Below are positions 9,378 through 19,339 of a stretch of 64,000 nt of DNA, in pieces. Both the position numbers and the translations under genes were made by a program. Within the stretch, counting starts at the first letter, position 1. The number at the start of each line of letters is the position of its first letter. The stretch is from Terriglobales bacterium (GTDB lineage Bacteria > Acidobacteriota > Terriglobia > Terriglobales > Acidobacteriaceae): contig DASPRY010000053.1 in assembly GCA_035624215.1 (NCBI GenBank), forward strand, positions 9,119 to 73,118, in the 5' to 3' direction. Under the pieces are notes generated by a model. That model had not been told where the DNA came from, did no database searches, and saw only the letters and a program-made list of their open reading frames with translations.

Positions 9378-9802
9378 GGCTTTTTTCCAATTGCGATGTG
9401 GTAAGCATCAGCTGTGCTGATGAAATTCAACAAGCCAGCGACAATCAGATATTTAGTCCCGTAGTCAGCAGTGGCATGGGAAATGATGCCGTGGCCCCAG
9501 CCCATCGCCTGGCTCAGAATGTATAGGCCGCCGGCACCGATGTCCCCAACAAATCCCAGAATGTCGAGAATGTCTCCTCCGTTTGGCTGGTAAACGTGTC
9601 CCTGCATCAGCAGGCCGAGCACAAACATGATGACGATAGAAGCCATCAACAGCAATCCTCGAATCCAGCGCCTCTGAATCAAGTGCCCGGCGCCCGGGAT
9701 GAGCCAGCCAAGGGCCGGAGCCAAGACAGACATCGTGGTGATCGGTTGAGCCGACTCCTTCGGAGTTACCACTTCGTTCTTGGTGGTCGTTGGATTCGCC
9801 AT
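9374..9802 (-). CDS. membrane protein (hypothetical, DUF6677-like, tentative)
   Basis: 142 aa with 3-4 TM helices and the motif GWLIPGAGHLIQRRW. The start codon abuts the pepP stop (9803). Confidence 0.7.
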   Translation of the reverse strand: MANPTTTKNEVVTPKESAQPITTMSVLAPALGWLIPGAGHLIQRRWIRGLLLMASIVIMFVLGLLMQGHVYQPNGGDILDILGFVGDIGAGGLYILSQAMGWGHGIISHATADYGTKYLIVAGLLNFISTADAYHIAIGKKP

Positions 9803-10969
9803 TCAGATGATGATGATCTCTCTTTGAATTTTACCCGTTACTTCGGCGGCGTGGGGACGAACCAGCACATCGACTTCGCTGCGGATGCCAAATTCCGGCA
9901 AGTAGATGCCGGGTTCGATGGAGAAACAGGAATTGGGCAGGATGCGGCGCTCGTCATGAATCTCGAGGTCATCTATGTTGGCGCCGTTGGCGTGGACTTC
10001 GGTGCCGATGGAATGCCCGGTGCGATGAATGAAATACATGCCAAAACCGGCCTTTTCGATGTGATCCCGGACGACGCGATCGACTTCCCAACCGGCAATC
10101 GGCCGGTTGGCGGAAATTGCATCTTGGACTTTCCTAACGCCAGCGTCTCGCGCATCCCGCACGACGGTAAAAATCTGTTTCATACGCTCCGAAGGGGCCT
10201 TGCCCACCGAGCCCGTCCAGGTGATGTCATAGTAGACGGCGCCTGGCGTATTTTGTTTCGCCCATACATCCAGAAGGACGAAGTCTCCCTGCCGAATAGG
10301 AGCAGAGCGTTCCGCGTGTGGTTCGTAGTGCGGGTTCCCGCTGTTGCCGTTTACGGCGACAATGGGAGGATCGTCAGTCACCAGGTCCTCGCGCCGGAAC
10401 GCTTCCATGAACCACTGCTGCATTTCGTATTCGCTGGTGCCGCCATTACGCGCCCTGGTTCCAATTTCCTTGAAGGCTGCGGCGGTAATTGCGTCAATCT
10501 TATCGCGCGCGGCGAAGTGAGTTTTAATTTGGTCGTCCGTCCAGGTGGCTTCAAACTGCGCCACCAGATCGCCTGAACTGACGATATTTTTTCCCAAGCT
10601 GCGAATCAGTTCCACGGTCCCGCCGTCAACCATCGAAACGTAAAACACCAGATTGTTGGGAGAATACTGCATGGCAATATTGCGATAGTCAGCCAGCATT
10701 CGTTTGATCTGATCGAAAAGTTCCTGCCAGCCGGAGTACTGGAGTTTGTTGCCGGGAAGCGTGTCAAGATGGCCGGACTCGATCTTGTGAACCAGCTTCA
10801 CCGGCTCGCCCTTTGCCGGAATTACGTAATACCAGCGGCGCGTGACCATTAACCCATCCGGCAGACCGAGCACGCGATAAGCGATGGGATCGCGATGATG
10901 GTGATCGTAGAACAGCCAGGCATCGATATTGCGCTCGCGCAGAGCAGACTGAATGGCAGAAAGATTCAT
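9803..10969 (-). CDS. M24-family metallopeptidase (Xaa-Pro aminopeptidase-like)
   Basis: HRTGHSIG, SIEPGIY and the DVLV metal-ligand context. 388 aa. Confidence 0.9.
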   Translation of the reverse strand: MNLSAIQSALRERNIDAWLFYDHHHRDPIAYRVLGLPDGLMVTRRWYYVIPAKGEPVKLVHKIESGHLDTLPGNKLQYSGWQELFDQIKRMLADYRNIAMQYSPNNLVFYVSMVDGGTVELIRSLGKNIVSSGDLVAQFEATWTDDQIKTHFAARDKIDAITAAAFKEIGTRARNGGTSEYEMQQWFMEAFRREDLVTDDPPIVAVNGNSGNPHYEPHAERSAPIRQGDFVLLDVWAKQNTPGAVYYDITWTGSVGKAPSERMKQIFTVVRDARDAGVRKVQDAISANRPIAGWEVDRVVRDHIEKAGFGMYFIHRTGHSIGTEVHANGANIDDLEIHDERRILPNSCFSIEPGIYLPEFGIRSEVDVLVRPHAAEVTGKIQREIIII

Positions 10970-11022
10970 GGGTCAGTTTCTATTCTAAACAAGTGCGAAG
11001 ATTTGGGCGAATCGGGAGCGGT

Positions 11023-11748
11023 TCACCCCAGGATTCTGCGCCGGTTAGAAAGCGGCAACGTTTCGCACGCGGTGCGCAAGACCAGGCGTGGAGCTCGTTG
11101 TCGAATAGTCGTCAAGTAAGGAACGGTACGCCGCGCATCCGCCTTGGCAGTTTCCCGCAGCAGCCAGCCCAGACCTTTTTGCACCATGTCATCTTGGTCG
11201 CGAAGAAGCAATTTGGAAAGACGCTTGATTTGGGGGAAGAACATACGCTTGCGTGTGCCCTGGATGAGCGCTACGCAAGCCGCACGGCGATGCCAACGGT
11301 CCTCCGATTTTGCCCAGCGAAAAACCATGCTAGCTCGGGCAGGTTTGCCCGCAATCATCGGAGCGATCAAATAGTGGACCAGCGCATCGTGGTCGGCCCA
11401 GCTACTGATCCGAGGCAACCAGGATTCGAGCCGGCGAAAAGCAGCGTCATCGAAGCGATCGGTCAGTGTTTCCAGCAGAAGCACGGCAAAAACCTTTTCT
11501 TCCAGACATCGGCCGGTGAAAAGTTTGTCAGCGACCTGCAGCAGGAAAGACAGCCCCAACTCTCTGAGAATTGTCCGGCGAAAACGGACTGCGACCTTGC
11601 GAAGCTCTCCCGTGTACCAACCTCGGGACCTAATTTCCTCTTTGAAGAACCATTGCACTTCTTCCGCGTGCGGTGCAGAGCCACCATCTTTCAGCACGCG
11701 TTTTATGTGAGCCGCAATGTAGTTCGGTGTGACCTTGCGCTTAGGCAT
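11023..11748 (-). CDS. DNA alkylation repair protein (AlkD/AlkC-like HEAT-repeat)
   Basis: 241-aa helical-repeat protein with WADHDALV and VQKGLGWLLRE segments typical of the family. Confidence 0.8.
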   Translation of the reverse strand: MPKRKVTPNYIAAHIKRVLKDGGSAPHAEEVQWFFKEEIRSRGWYTGELRKVAVRFRRTILRELGLSFLLQVADKLFTGRCLEEKVFAVLLLETLTDRFDDAAFRRLESWLPRISSWADHDALVHYLIAPMIAGKPARASMVFRWAKSEDRWHRRAACVALIQGTRKRMFFPQIKRLSKLLLRDQDDMVQKGLGWLLRETAKADARRTVPYLTTIRQRAPRLVLRTACETLPLSNRRRILG

Positions 11749-11766
11749 CTTTAAGTGCTCAGTGGA

Positions 11767-12069
11767 TCAATGACCGGCAGTTGCACTCGCAAGCTTACTT
11801 GCAATTTCGTCTACAGAACGTCCCGCGATGCGAACAACTTTACGGCGGCCGGTTTGGCCGGAGGCTATGGTAATGGAAGAGCGTGGAAGATCCAAAAGTT
11901 CTGCAAGGAATTGGATGCAGGCCTGATTGGCGCGGCCTTCGAGCGGCGGGGCCGTGAGAGAAAGCTCTAGCGCATCCCCAACGACGCCCATGACTGCGTT
12001 CTTCCTTGCACGGGGCTGCACCTTTACGGCAAAACTCGCACCGGCAGGAGTTTCACGGATCGGGATCAT
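11767..12069 (-). CDS. DUF167 (YggU) family protein
   Basis: 100 aa, VKVQPRARKN...LTAPPLEGRANQACIQFLAELL. Sits downstream of yggS, as in many genomes. Confidence 0.8.
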   Translation of the reverse strand: MIPIRETPAGASFAVKVQPRARKNAVMGVVGDALELSLTAPPLEGRANQACIQFLAELLDLPRSSITIASGQTGRRKVVRIAGRSVDEIASKLASATAGH

Positions 12070-12078
12070 GTGAAAAGT

Positions 12079-12158
12079 CAGAAGTCAGAGGGCAGAATGC
12101 AGAATTTGGCGATGCGTGGATCATGCATGCACTTCTGCATTATGCCTTCTTACTTCTG
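12079..12158. repeat. long imperfect hairpin between yggS and the DUF167 gene
   Basis: 12079-12104 (purine-rich CAGAAGTCAGAGGGCAGAATGCAGAA) pairs with 12133-12158 (TTCTGCATTATGCCTTCTTACTTCTG). That is 26 positions with 2 mismatches and 1 G-U. The loop is 28 nt. Confidence 0.6.
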
Positions 12159-12161
12159 CAT

Positions 12162-12866
12162 TTAAGTCCCAGTTCTCTCGCCAAAAATTGCCGTCCCGAG
12201 CCGCACGCAGGTTGAGCCTTCTTCGATGGCGACTTCGAAATCGTGCGACATGCCCATCGACAACACATCCATGCTGATTCCAGGCCAATGATTGGCGGCG
12301 ATGTCATCGCGCAAGCGACGAAGCTTTTGAAAGTATGGCCGAGCTTCCTGGGGATCCTCGGTGAACGGGGGGACAGTCATGAGACCACGAAAATCAAGGT
12401 GTCCCAGTTCCACCGCCCCTTGCAGAAGTTTGTCCAGTTCCGGAGAGACAGGAGCGATTCCGCTTTTAGCAGCTTCGCCACCTACGTTGATCTCAATGAG
12501 AACAGAAAGTTTCTTGCCGACCTGTTGCGCGGCTGTGTTGAGCTTCTGCGCCAGCCGGAGAGAGTCCACCGAATCTACGGCATCAAACAACTCCGCCGCT
12601 TTGAGGGCCTTATTGGTCTGCAGATGGCCGATCATGTGCCACCGCGTGCCCTCCAGATCCCCCAGAAATTCGCTTTTACCCGCGAACTCCTGGACACGAT
12701 TTTCGCCGAACAGCCGGAGACCAGCTGCGTAAGCTTCGCGAATCCGTTCCGGTGGGAAAGTTTTAGTTACTGCCATTAAGGCAATTTGGTTCGGATCACC
12801 CCGGACGCCACGGGCGGCAGCGGCGATTCGTTCTCGGAGTTGAACAATATTTTCGGGGATGCCCAT
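12162..12866 (-). CDS. yggS: YggS-family pyridoxal-phosphate homeostasis protein
   Basis: LMAVTKTFP (PLP lysine), HMIGHLQTNK and SMGMSHDF. Confidence 0.9.
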   Translation of the reverse strand: MGIPENIVQLRERIAAAARGVRGDPNQIALMAVTKTFPPERIREAYAAGLRLFGENRVQEFAGKSEFLGDLEGTRWHMIGHLQTNKALKAAELFDAVDSVDSLRLAQKLNTAAQQVGKKLSVLIEINVGGEAAKSGIAPVSPELDKLLQGAVELGHLDFRGLMTVPPFTEDPQEARPYFQKLRRLRDDIAANHWPGISMDVLSMGMSHDFEVAIEEGSTCVRLGTAIFGERTGT

Positions 12867-12957
12867 CCAAAGAGCATTAAATCAAATTCAGAGATCCCGC
12901 GCTGCCGCTCGGGATGACGGCACGCGCCTGCCGCTATCCTTACGCCGCGCAAACGCG

Positions 12958-15006
12958 TCACATAATCGCGGTTGGTGGAGCCGGCTCATCCGGACTGCCG
13001 GCATTCGACAATGGCACCTTCATCATCACGAAAATAAGTACGGCCATGCCAATTAAGCCGGAAAACCAGGCATCACCCATGTCGATGTGCCAAAGCTGGT
13101 GATTCGATCCCACAATAGCGGCAATCACAAGGCCGCATAAGGCCTCACCGGCAATCAAGCCCGAAGCGGTCAACACGCCGGCATTGTCTACGCGAGCTTT
13201 CTGCGCGTCGTTGTAGCCGCGGCGGTCGCGTAATTTGTCGGTGAACCAACGGATCACTCCACCCAGGAAGATAGCGAAGGTTGTTTCGAGCGGCAGATAC
13301 ATGCCCACAGAGAACAGCATGGGGCTTTTCACTTCTACCAGAATCATGGAGAATCCCAGCAGTATTCCTACTACCACCAGCGGCCACGCCATATTGCCGC
13401 CGACGATACCCTGTGCCAGCATTGCCATCAGCCCGGCTTGGGGCGCGGGCAGGGCAGCGCTGCCGAAGTGGTATGCCTTGTCTAGAATCATAAGCGGAAA
13501 GAACAAGACGAGCGAGGCAACCATGGTGCCAAAGATATCGCCAACCTCCATCTTGGAGGGCGTGCCGCCCAGAATGTAACCCGCCTTCAGATCCTGCAAC
13601 ATCTCACCTGCGACTGCCGAGGAAACGCAGACTACGGCGGCGACTCCCAGCACTGCTGCTACACCACCGACTCCGGAGACGCCTAACGCCACCATCAGCA
13701 GTGCTGCTACAAGCAGGGTACACAGCGTCAGACCGGAAACAGGGTTGTTAGACGAACCGATCATGCCAACCAGGTTTCCTGAGACGGCAGCAAAAAAGAA
13801 TCCGAGAACGACCATCACGGCCGCGGCCACCATGGCCCCGGCGATGACTTTGTTCGAGGTTAAATTATGCGCACCCGCGATGAAGAAGTAATAGAGGCCG
13901 ATCATGGCGAGGAACACAACACCGATTCCGAGAAAGACGACCTTCGAGCTGAGATCGCGGTCGGTGCGGTCGGTGGCCTGGTGCGCCTCCGCAGATTTCT
14001 TAAGATCAGAAACCGCGCGCTTCATTCCTGCGAGCAGTTGAGCTCGCATGCGGAACAAGGTGAAACCTGCGCCCACCAGCATGCCACCGACAGCGATCGG
14101 GCGAACGATGGAAAACCACACGCTAAATGCTACGCCGCTCCAGTAAGCCGCTGAGTCCGTACCGGGGGCCCGAGCCGGAAGATTTGGGCCAAGAAAATAG
14201 ATGAGAAGGGGAACCAGCAAGCCCCAGGCGAGCACGCCGCCGGCGAAGTTCAGCGATGCCAGTCGCGGCCCGATGATGTAACCGACGCCGAGATATGCAG
14301 GGCTGACTGCCGGCGAGGTAAATGTGCTCATTCCGCCGGTCGCTAAGATCGGCGAGCTTGTGCTACGCCCCAGGCGCAAGCCAGTAGGCATTTTCGGAAT
14401 GTTGACCACCAGATTTCTGGTGTACCAGAACACATTGATCTGGGAGAGGAAGTACATGAGGGCGCCAAAACCCATATTGGCAAAAAGAATCTTGGCAGCT
14501 TTCGAACCTTGCTGGCCGGCTTTGTGAATTTCCGAAGCAGCTACCGATTCGGGAAAGGGAAGCTCCGGGTCCTCGACCATGACCCGTCGCAGCAAGGTGA
14601 CGAATAGAATGCCCAGCAGGCCACCGATCGCCATGAGGGCAACCGACTGCCAGTATCTTCCCATTCCGAGACTCGGCCATAATCCTGCGAGCACGAATGC
14701 GGGAATAGTGAAGACCGCGCCAGCCGCGACCGATTCCCCAATCGCGCCGACCGTACGGGCGATGTTTTCTTCCAGGAGCGATCCTTTCATCAGCCGCAGG
14801 ACTGACATGCCAATAACTGCGGCGGGATAGGTCGCGGCGATCGTCATTCCAGCTTTCAAGCCGAGATACGCATTGGCGGCGCCGAGGATGCCGGTCATCA
14901 TCATTCCGAGGAAAACCGCACGGAAGGTGAACTCCCGCATCTCCATGTGTTGAGGAACGTAAGGTTGATATTTTCTTGGAGCTGGGGAGATGGTTTGAGT
15001 GCTCAT
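12958..15006 (-). CDS. oligopeptide transporter, OPT family
   Basis: 682-aa polytopic membrane protein. The N-terminus REFTFRAVFLGMMMTGILGAANAYLGLKAGMT is typical of bacterial OPT. Confidence 0.9.
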   Translation of the reverse strand: MSTQTISPAPRKYQPYVPQHMEMREFTFRAVFLGMMMTGILGAANAYLGLKAGMTIAATYPAAVIGMSVLRLMKGSLLEENIARTVGAIGESVAAGAVFTIPAFVLAGLWPSLGMGRYWQSVALMAIGGLLGILFVTLLRRVMVEDPELPFPESVAASEIHKAGQQGSKAAKILFANMGFGALMYFLSQINVFWYTRNLVVNIPKMPTGLRLGRSTSSPILATGGMSTFTSPAVSPAYLGVGYIIGPRLASLNFAGGVLAWGLLVPLLIYFLGPNLPARAPGTDSAAYWSGVAFSVWFSIVRPIAVGGMLVGAGFTLFRMRAQLLAGMKRAVSDLKKSAEAHQATDRTDRDLSSKVVFLGIGVVFLAMIGLYYFFIAGAHNLTSNKVIAGAMVAAAVMVVLGFFFAAVSGNLVGMIGSSNNPVSGLTLCTLLVAALLMVALGVSGVGGVAAVLGVAAVVCVSSAVAGEMLQDLKAGYILGGTPSKMEVGDIFGTMVASLVLFFPLMILDKAYHFGSAALPAPQAGLMAMLAQGIVGGNMAWPLVVVGILLGFSMILVEVKSPMLFSVGMYLPLETTFAIFLGGVIRWFTDKLRDRRGYNDAQKARVDNAGVLTASGLIAGEALCGLVIAAIVGSNHQLWHIDMGDAWFSGLIGMAVLIFVMMKVPLSNAGSPDEPAPPTAIM

Positions 15007-15339
15007 GAGTGAAACCTCGCCGAACCCGACCTGCTAACTCTAAAAATCATGCGACGGCGCACGTTAGCACGCGTCGAGCCTGCTTTACAAGTGCAGCGGA
15101 GGTGGGGAGCAATCCGGTTCTTACTCATTGGGTCGGAAATCCGGACGTGTTGTATCAAAGGTACTTACTTTCGATACGGCTGGAGCAATTGCGTGCTGAA
15201 TCCAGCGCCGCTATACTTAATCTGATTCGTCCAGCGTCAAGTTTCAGCCTGAGGTGGACGAGGGAGGGTCGTCTTCAGCAGTAGCAGCAATATCTCCAGT
15301 CGTCCGACCGAGAGCCTGGCAAAAGTTGGGGAAGGTTCG

Positions 15340-16191
15340 ATGCTTTCTTTTGTGCTCTCGGGAATTCGCGGCGCGGCCACGGCCCTGTTTGTCACGATAT
15401 TTCCTTCCGATTGTCGTCTTTGCGGGAACCCGCTCCTGAACATTTCTCGCTTGCCGGTATGTGATGAATGTCTATCCGCTATGCAGCCCATCTGCGGCGG
15501 CCTTTGCAGCATTTGCGGCGAGCGCCTGGCAGGACTTCATGCAATTTCCGAGAATCAGGGCGGAATTCGTTGCGAGTTGTGCCGGCGAGCCGAGCCGCCA
15601 TACGTTAAAGCTGCCGCTTACGGAAGCTACGCGGGTGGATTACGGGAATTGATCCACCTGCTCAAGTATGATCAGGTCCGGCCGGCAGCCAGTGTTTTGG
15701 GACGGATGTTGGCCGAAGCCATTGCGGACTTGGCGCCATTATTTGGGGATGATCAGGCGATACTCGTGCCTGTGCCCTTGCATGCCAGGAAATTACGGCA
15801 ACGATGGTTCAATCAATCAGAGCTGATTGCGCGTGTGGCTGTAAGAATCGTCTCCTCGGAAATGCCATTGCACCTTAAGCCGGGCGTACTTGAGCGCTGT
15901 CGCGAGACGCAATCGCAGATTGGCTTGTCGCGTCACCAACGGCGAGAGAACATGCGTGGAGCCTTTGCCGTGACTGGATGTGACCAAATCGCCCGGCGCA
16001 CGGTCTTGCTCGTGGACGATGTGTTTACCACCGGCACGACCGTTTCCGAATGTGCGCGCGTGCTACGCCGCGCGGGGGCATCCAAGGTATTTGTAGCGAC
16101 CGTAGCCCGCACGTTGAAGGCAGAGGCCCAGCATGCGATGCCGGCAGCGGAGATGCAGGAAATGACTATGGCCACTGCTGCTGCGGGTTAG
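15340..16191 (+). CDS. comF: ComF-family protein (phosphoribosyltransferase domain)
   Basis: N-terminal Cys pairs (CRLCGN..CDEC, CSICG) and the PRTase motif VLLVDDVFTTGTT. Confidence 0.85.
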   Translation: MLSFVLSGIRGAATALFVTIFPSDCRLCGNPLLNISRLPVCDECLSAMQPICGGLCSICGERLAGLHAISENQGGIRCELCRRAEPPYVKAAAYGSYAGGLRELIHLLKYDQVRPAASVLGRMLAEAIADLAPLFGDDQAILVPVPLHARKLRQRWFNQSELIARVAVRIVSSEMPLHLKPGVLERCRETQSQIGLSRHQRRENMRGAFAVTGCDQIARRTVLLVDDVFTTGTTVSECARVLRRAGASKVFVATVARTLKAEAQHAMPAAEMQEMTMATAAAG

Positions 16192-16229
16192 CAAGCTGTG
16201 GACGGATCCTGGTCAAGCATTAGAGATAT

Positions 16230-16832
16230 ATGTCGGGCAAGTGGCACAATTCGCCGAATCTGAACCGCACTCATAATGTAGGTGCGGTTGCCGGGGTGCG
16301 TCTGGATTCTGACGGCCATGTGTTGCATGCGCCCGTGCTGGTACTTAATGCTTCCTACGAACCGATTAATGTTTGCGCTGCGCGCCGCGCAATTGTCCTG
16401 GTACTAAAGGGTGTGGCGATGACCGAGGAAGAGAACGGTCACTTCCTGCACGCAGCCCGACTTGCCATGCGGCTGCCTTCGGTCATCCGGCTGCTGGAGT
16501 ATCGACGCATTCCTCATCAGACGCGCGCACTGTCGCGTAAGAACATCCTGCTGCGAGATCGCAACACCTGCCAATATTGCGGTGAGGTGTTGGCCTCAAG
16601 CGAGCTCACGCTCGATCACGTGACCCCGCGCTCGCGTGGCGGGGCTTCTGCCTGGGAGAATCTGGTAGCCTGCTGCCATTCCTGCAATCGCCGCAAGGGG
16701 AATCAGCTCCCCGCGGAGGCCGGCATGAAGTTGTTCCGCGAACCTCGCGCCTTCAATCTGCACACCAGCCGCCATATCATGCGTCTCATGGGGCGCTCGG
16801 ATGACAAGTGGCGGAAGTATCTTTTCTACTGA
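16230..16832 (+). CDS. HNH endonuclease
   Basis: CQYCG...[30 protein letters not shown]. Confidence 0.85.
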   Translation: MSGKWHNSPNLNRTHNVGAVAGVRLDSDGHVLHAPVLVLNASYEPINVCAARRAIVLVLKGVAMTEEENGHFLHAARLAMRLPSVIRLLEYRRIPHQTRALSRKNILLRDRNTCQYCGEVLASSELTLDHVTPRSRGGASAWENLVACCHSCNRRKGNQLPAEAGMKLFREPRAFNLHTSRHIMRLMGRSDDKWRKYLFY

Positions 16833-16836
16833 GCAG

Positions 16837-16857
16837 TCAGTATTCAGTCTTCAGTAA
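16837..16857 (+). repeat. tandem heptamer repeat (3 copies)
   Basis: TCAGTAT TCAGTCT TCAGTAA, starting 5 nt after the HNH stop codon. Confidence 0.6.
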
Positions 16858-17045
16858 GAAAAAGCGTATCTGACCTCATGGAAATCCAAGGCCTAAGGCT
16901 CGTTAAGCCTAATCGCGATCGATCGTCGATTGCTGCGCTCGGTCGCCCGCGTAGGCCAACGCCCACACGTCCGGCTATAGGTTAACAACAGACCACCTTC
17001 ACCCAGCTTCGAACTGCGGCTTTGATGGCTGGTATCTGCTGACCG

Positions 17046-17888
17046 CTATGGCGGCGACTGCGGCTTCTCGGGTTGATCGCCGGCTTTGGGAAGCTCCTTG
17101 CCTTGGTAGGTGATCTTAACGTTCGACCCGAACCGCTTGTAGTTCGTGTACTTCACAACCTCTCGAATTTTGACATCCTGGTTTACGAAATGGAGGGTGT
17201 CATCAGCTCGCGTGTAGGTCGGAAACCAGTACTTGCCATCCACCTGTTCCCGCCAGGTGGTGAACTTGGGAAATAAATTTTCGTCGCCACGGCCCTTTTT
17301 GTTCGCCCGTTTTTCGGGAACCATCTGGCCGTAAGTCTTTACGATCTGGAAATCGTGGTCGTCGACCCAGATGCGTCCCTGAAAGTAGCGCTTGTTTTTC
17401 TCAATCTGCTTGGGAGCGATATCGAAGACGTAGCAGTGCAGTTCGTCTTCCTGCTGTTGCCCGGCGTACAACACGTTGTATTGGCTGATCTCATCACTGG
17501 TGAGCACCATGGGAAAGCCGTTTTCAAGGTCATCATAGTCTTCGCGAGTCATGCCAATGCGGGTGAGAGTGGGCAAAGGGGCAAAGACCACGTTCTTTAC
17601 CCGGCGGCCTTGATCATCAAAGCTGACGTCGAAAACCTCCTGAAATTCACCGTCGACTGTGTCACCGTCCAGAGTTTGCATCTTGGCGGATTCCCGATAG
17701 CCGTATTGGTCGTAAGCCTCTTTGAACTCCTTTTCCTTGGCAGCAAAGCGCTGGATAATCTCCTCAGGAGTGATGCCCTTCGGTTGGGACGCGTCCAGAG
17801 GGCCTTCATCGGCGCTGGCGCGAGGCGGAGTCAGGCCACACAACGCGAAAACTGCTGCCAGCAACAGTACCGGGCAGAAATACTTCAT
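17046..17888 (-). CDS. exported protein (outer-membrane lipoprotein-sorting / LolA-like fold, tentative)
   Basis: 280 aa with signal peptide MKYFCPVLLLAAVFALCG. The family call comes only from my recollection of similar annotated proteins. Confidence 0.6.
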   Translation of the reverse strand: MKYFCPVLLLAAVFALCGLTPPRASADEGPLDASQPKGITPEEIIQRFAAKEKEFKEAYDQYGYRESAKMQTLDGDTVDGEFQEVFDVSFDDQGRRVKNVVFAPLPTLTRIGMTREDYDDLENGFPMVLTSDEISQYNVLYAGQQQEDELHCYVFDIAPKQIEKNKRYFQGRIWVDDHDFQIVKTYGQMVPEKRANKKGRGDENLFPKFTTWREQVDGKYWFPTYTRADDTLHFVNQDVKIREVVKYTNYKRFGSNVKITYQGKELPKAGDQPEKPQSPP

Positions 17889-18053
17889 ACCAGTAGTCTA
17901 ACGGAATCAGGGCTTTGAAGGTTGCCCAACTTTCGTCCTCAGAAGGTTAGAATGCCAAGTAGCCCGACTGGTTGCCGGCAGGTAGGACCGCGCCTAAAGA
18001 TTGGCAACCGGGATGTTTTGACCCGGACAACGTTGTAAGATGGCAGTTCGTCC

Positions 18054-19313
18054 ATGTCTTCCGGCGCCCGATTAGATACTTCACGAGAACTCACCCTGCA
18101 CCAGGAAATTGCGCGCCTGGCTGATTTGTCACAGGTCCGCGCAGCTTCTGCGTGGTTGCGCTCGCAAGAGGCGCAGCTGGCTAACTGGCAGCTCGAAATG
18201 GCGCGCATTCCCGCTCCTCCTTTCGGAGAGATGGCGCGGGGTGAGTGGCTGAGGGGCCGTTTCGAACAATTGGGGCTAAAGGACGTACAGGCTGACGAGG
18301 TAGGAAATGTTTTTGGCGTGCTACACGGACCGGGCACAGAATGCGTTGCCTTGAGCGCGCACATTGATACCGTTTTTCCGGCCGGTACGCCTCTAAACGT
18401 CCACCAGCGGGGCAATCGCTTGTACGGCCCAGGAGTTTCCGACAATGGCGCCGGTGTCACGGCAATTCTGGCAATTGCCGGGGCGCTGCAATGGGCAGGC
18501 ATTTCGCCGAACGCGCCGATTGTTTTCATCGGCAATGTCGGCGAAGAAGGCGAAGGCGATCTGCGCGGAATGCGGCACATCTTCTCCACTCCGCGCTGGA
18601 GAGATTCGATTCGCTACAGCCTGGTTCTGGACGGCGCGGGATCGGACACGATTGTGGCCGAAGCCTTAGGCAGCCGCCGATTTGAAGTGATTGTGCGCGG
18701 CCCGGGCGGACATTCCTGGAGTGATTTTGGCGCGCCCAATCCGATTCTGGTACTGGCGCGCGCGCTGAACGCTTTTGCTCGAACGCCCGTGCCTTCCTCG
18801 CCGAAGACTACCTTCAATGTCGGCGTCATTCGCGGAGGCACTTCAGTGAACTCCATTCCGGAATCGGCCAGCATGCGAGTGGATATCCGGTCCACATCGA
18901 TGGAGGAGATGGAGCGTCTGGAGGATTCGTTGCGTCATGCACTGCATTTGGCGATCGAAGAGGAAACTCAAGCCAGCGAGCGGCACAATGGGTCGCAACG
19001 ACGATCTTCCGGTCTAACCCACGAAGTGGTTCCGATTGGCAGCCGTCCGGCGGGGGAATTGCATCCAAACGCTCGCATTTTGAATGTCATTCGCGCCGTG
19101 GATGCGCACCTGGGCAACGCCGCCCAGATTCAGCGTGCCTCCACCGATGCCAACATTCCCATGTCGCTGGGAAGGGAATCTGTGGCGGTCGGCGGTGGAG
19201 GCCAGGGTGGTGGGGCTCACACGCTGCAAGAATGGTTCGATATAACCGGACGAGAACTCGGTCTGCGAAGAATCCTGCTGGCGGTGGTCGCGCTGGCGGG
19301 AGTTAACGAGTAG
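18054..19313 (+). CDS. M20-family metallopeptidase (peptidase T / ArgE-DapE-like)
   Basis: SAHIDTVF, GVSDNGAG and GNVGEEGEGDLRG metal-binding motifs. Confidence 0.85.
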   Translation: MSSGARLDTSRELTLHQEIARLADLSQVRAASAWLRSQEAQLANWQLEMARIPAPPFGEMARGEWLRGRFEQLGLKDVQADEVGNVFGVLHGPGTECVALSAHIDTVFPAGTPLNVHQRGNRLYGPGVSDNGAGVTAILAIAGALQWAGISPNAPIVFIGNVGEEGEGDLRGMRHIFSTPRWRDSIRYSLVLDGAGSDTIVAEALGSRRFEVIVRGPGGHSWSDFGAPNPILVLARALNAFARTPVPSSPKTTFNVGVIRGGTSVNSIPESASMRVDIRSTSMEEMERLEDSLRHALHLAIEEETQASERHNGSQRRSSGLTHEVVPIGSRPAGELHPNARILNVIRAVDAHLGNAAQIQRASTDANIPMSLGRESVAVGGGGQGGGAHTLQEWFDITGRELGLRRILLAVVALAGVNE

Positions 19314-19339
19314 CGAAAGGCATCCGGAGCGTTCTCGAA

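Noticed and set aside
9596-10576. 326-aa plus-strand ORF
   Set aside because: It lies antisense to the M24 peptidase and the membrane protein genes. It has no recognisable motifs, so I treat it as a shadow ORF.
10993-11754. 253-aa plus-strand ORF
   Set aside because: It lies antisense to the AlkD-like gene, whose translation has clear family features. Shadow ORF.
15009-15284. 91-aa ORF inside the 333-nt spacer between the OPT transporter and comF
   Set aside because: It has no RBS and no recognisable motifs, and it is overlapped by an equally long opposite-strand ORF. The spacer is more likely two divergent promoter/leader regions. I could not recognise a riboswitch in it.
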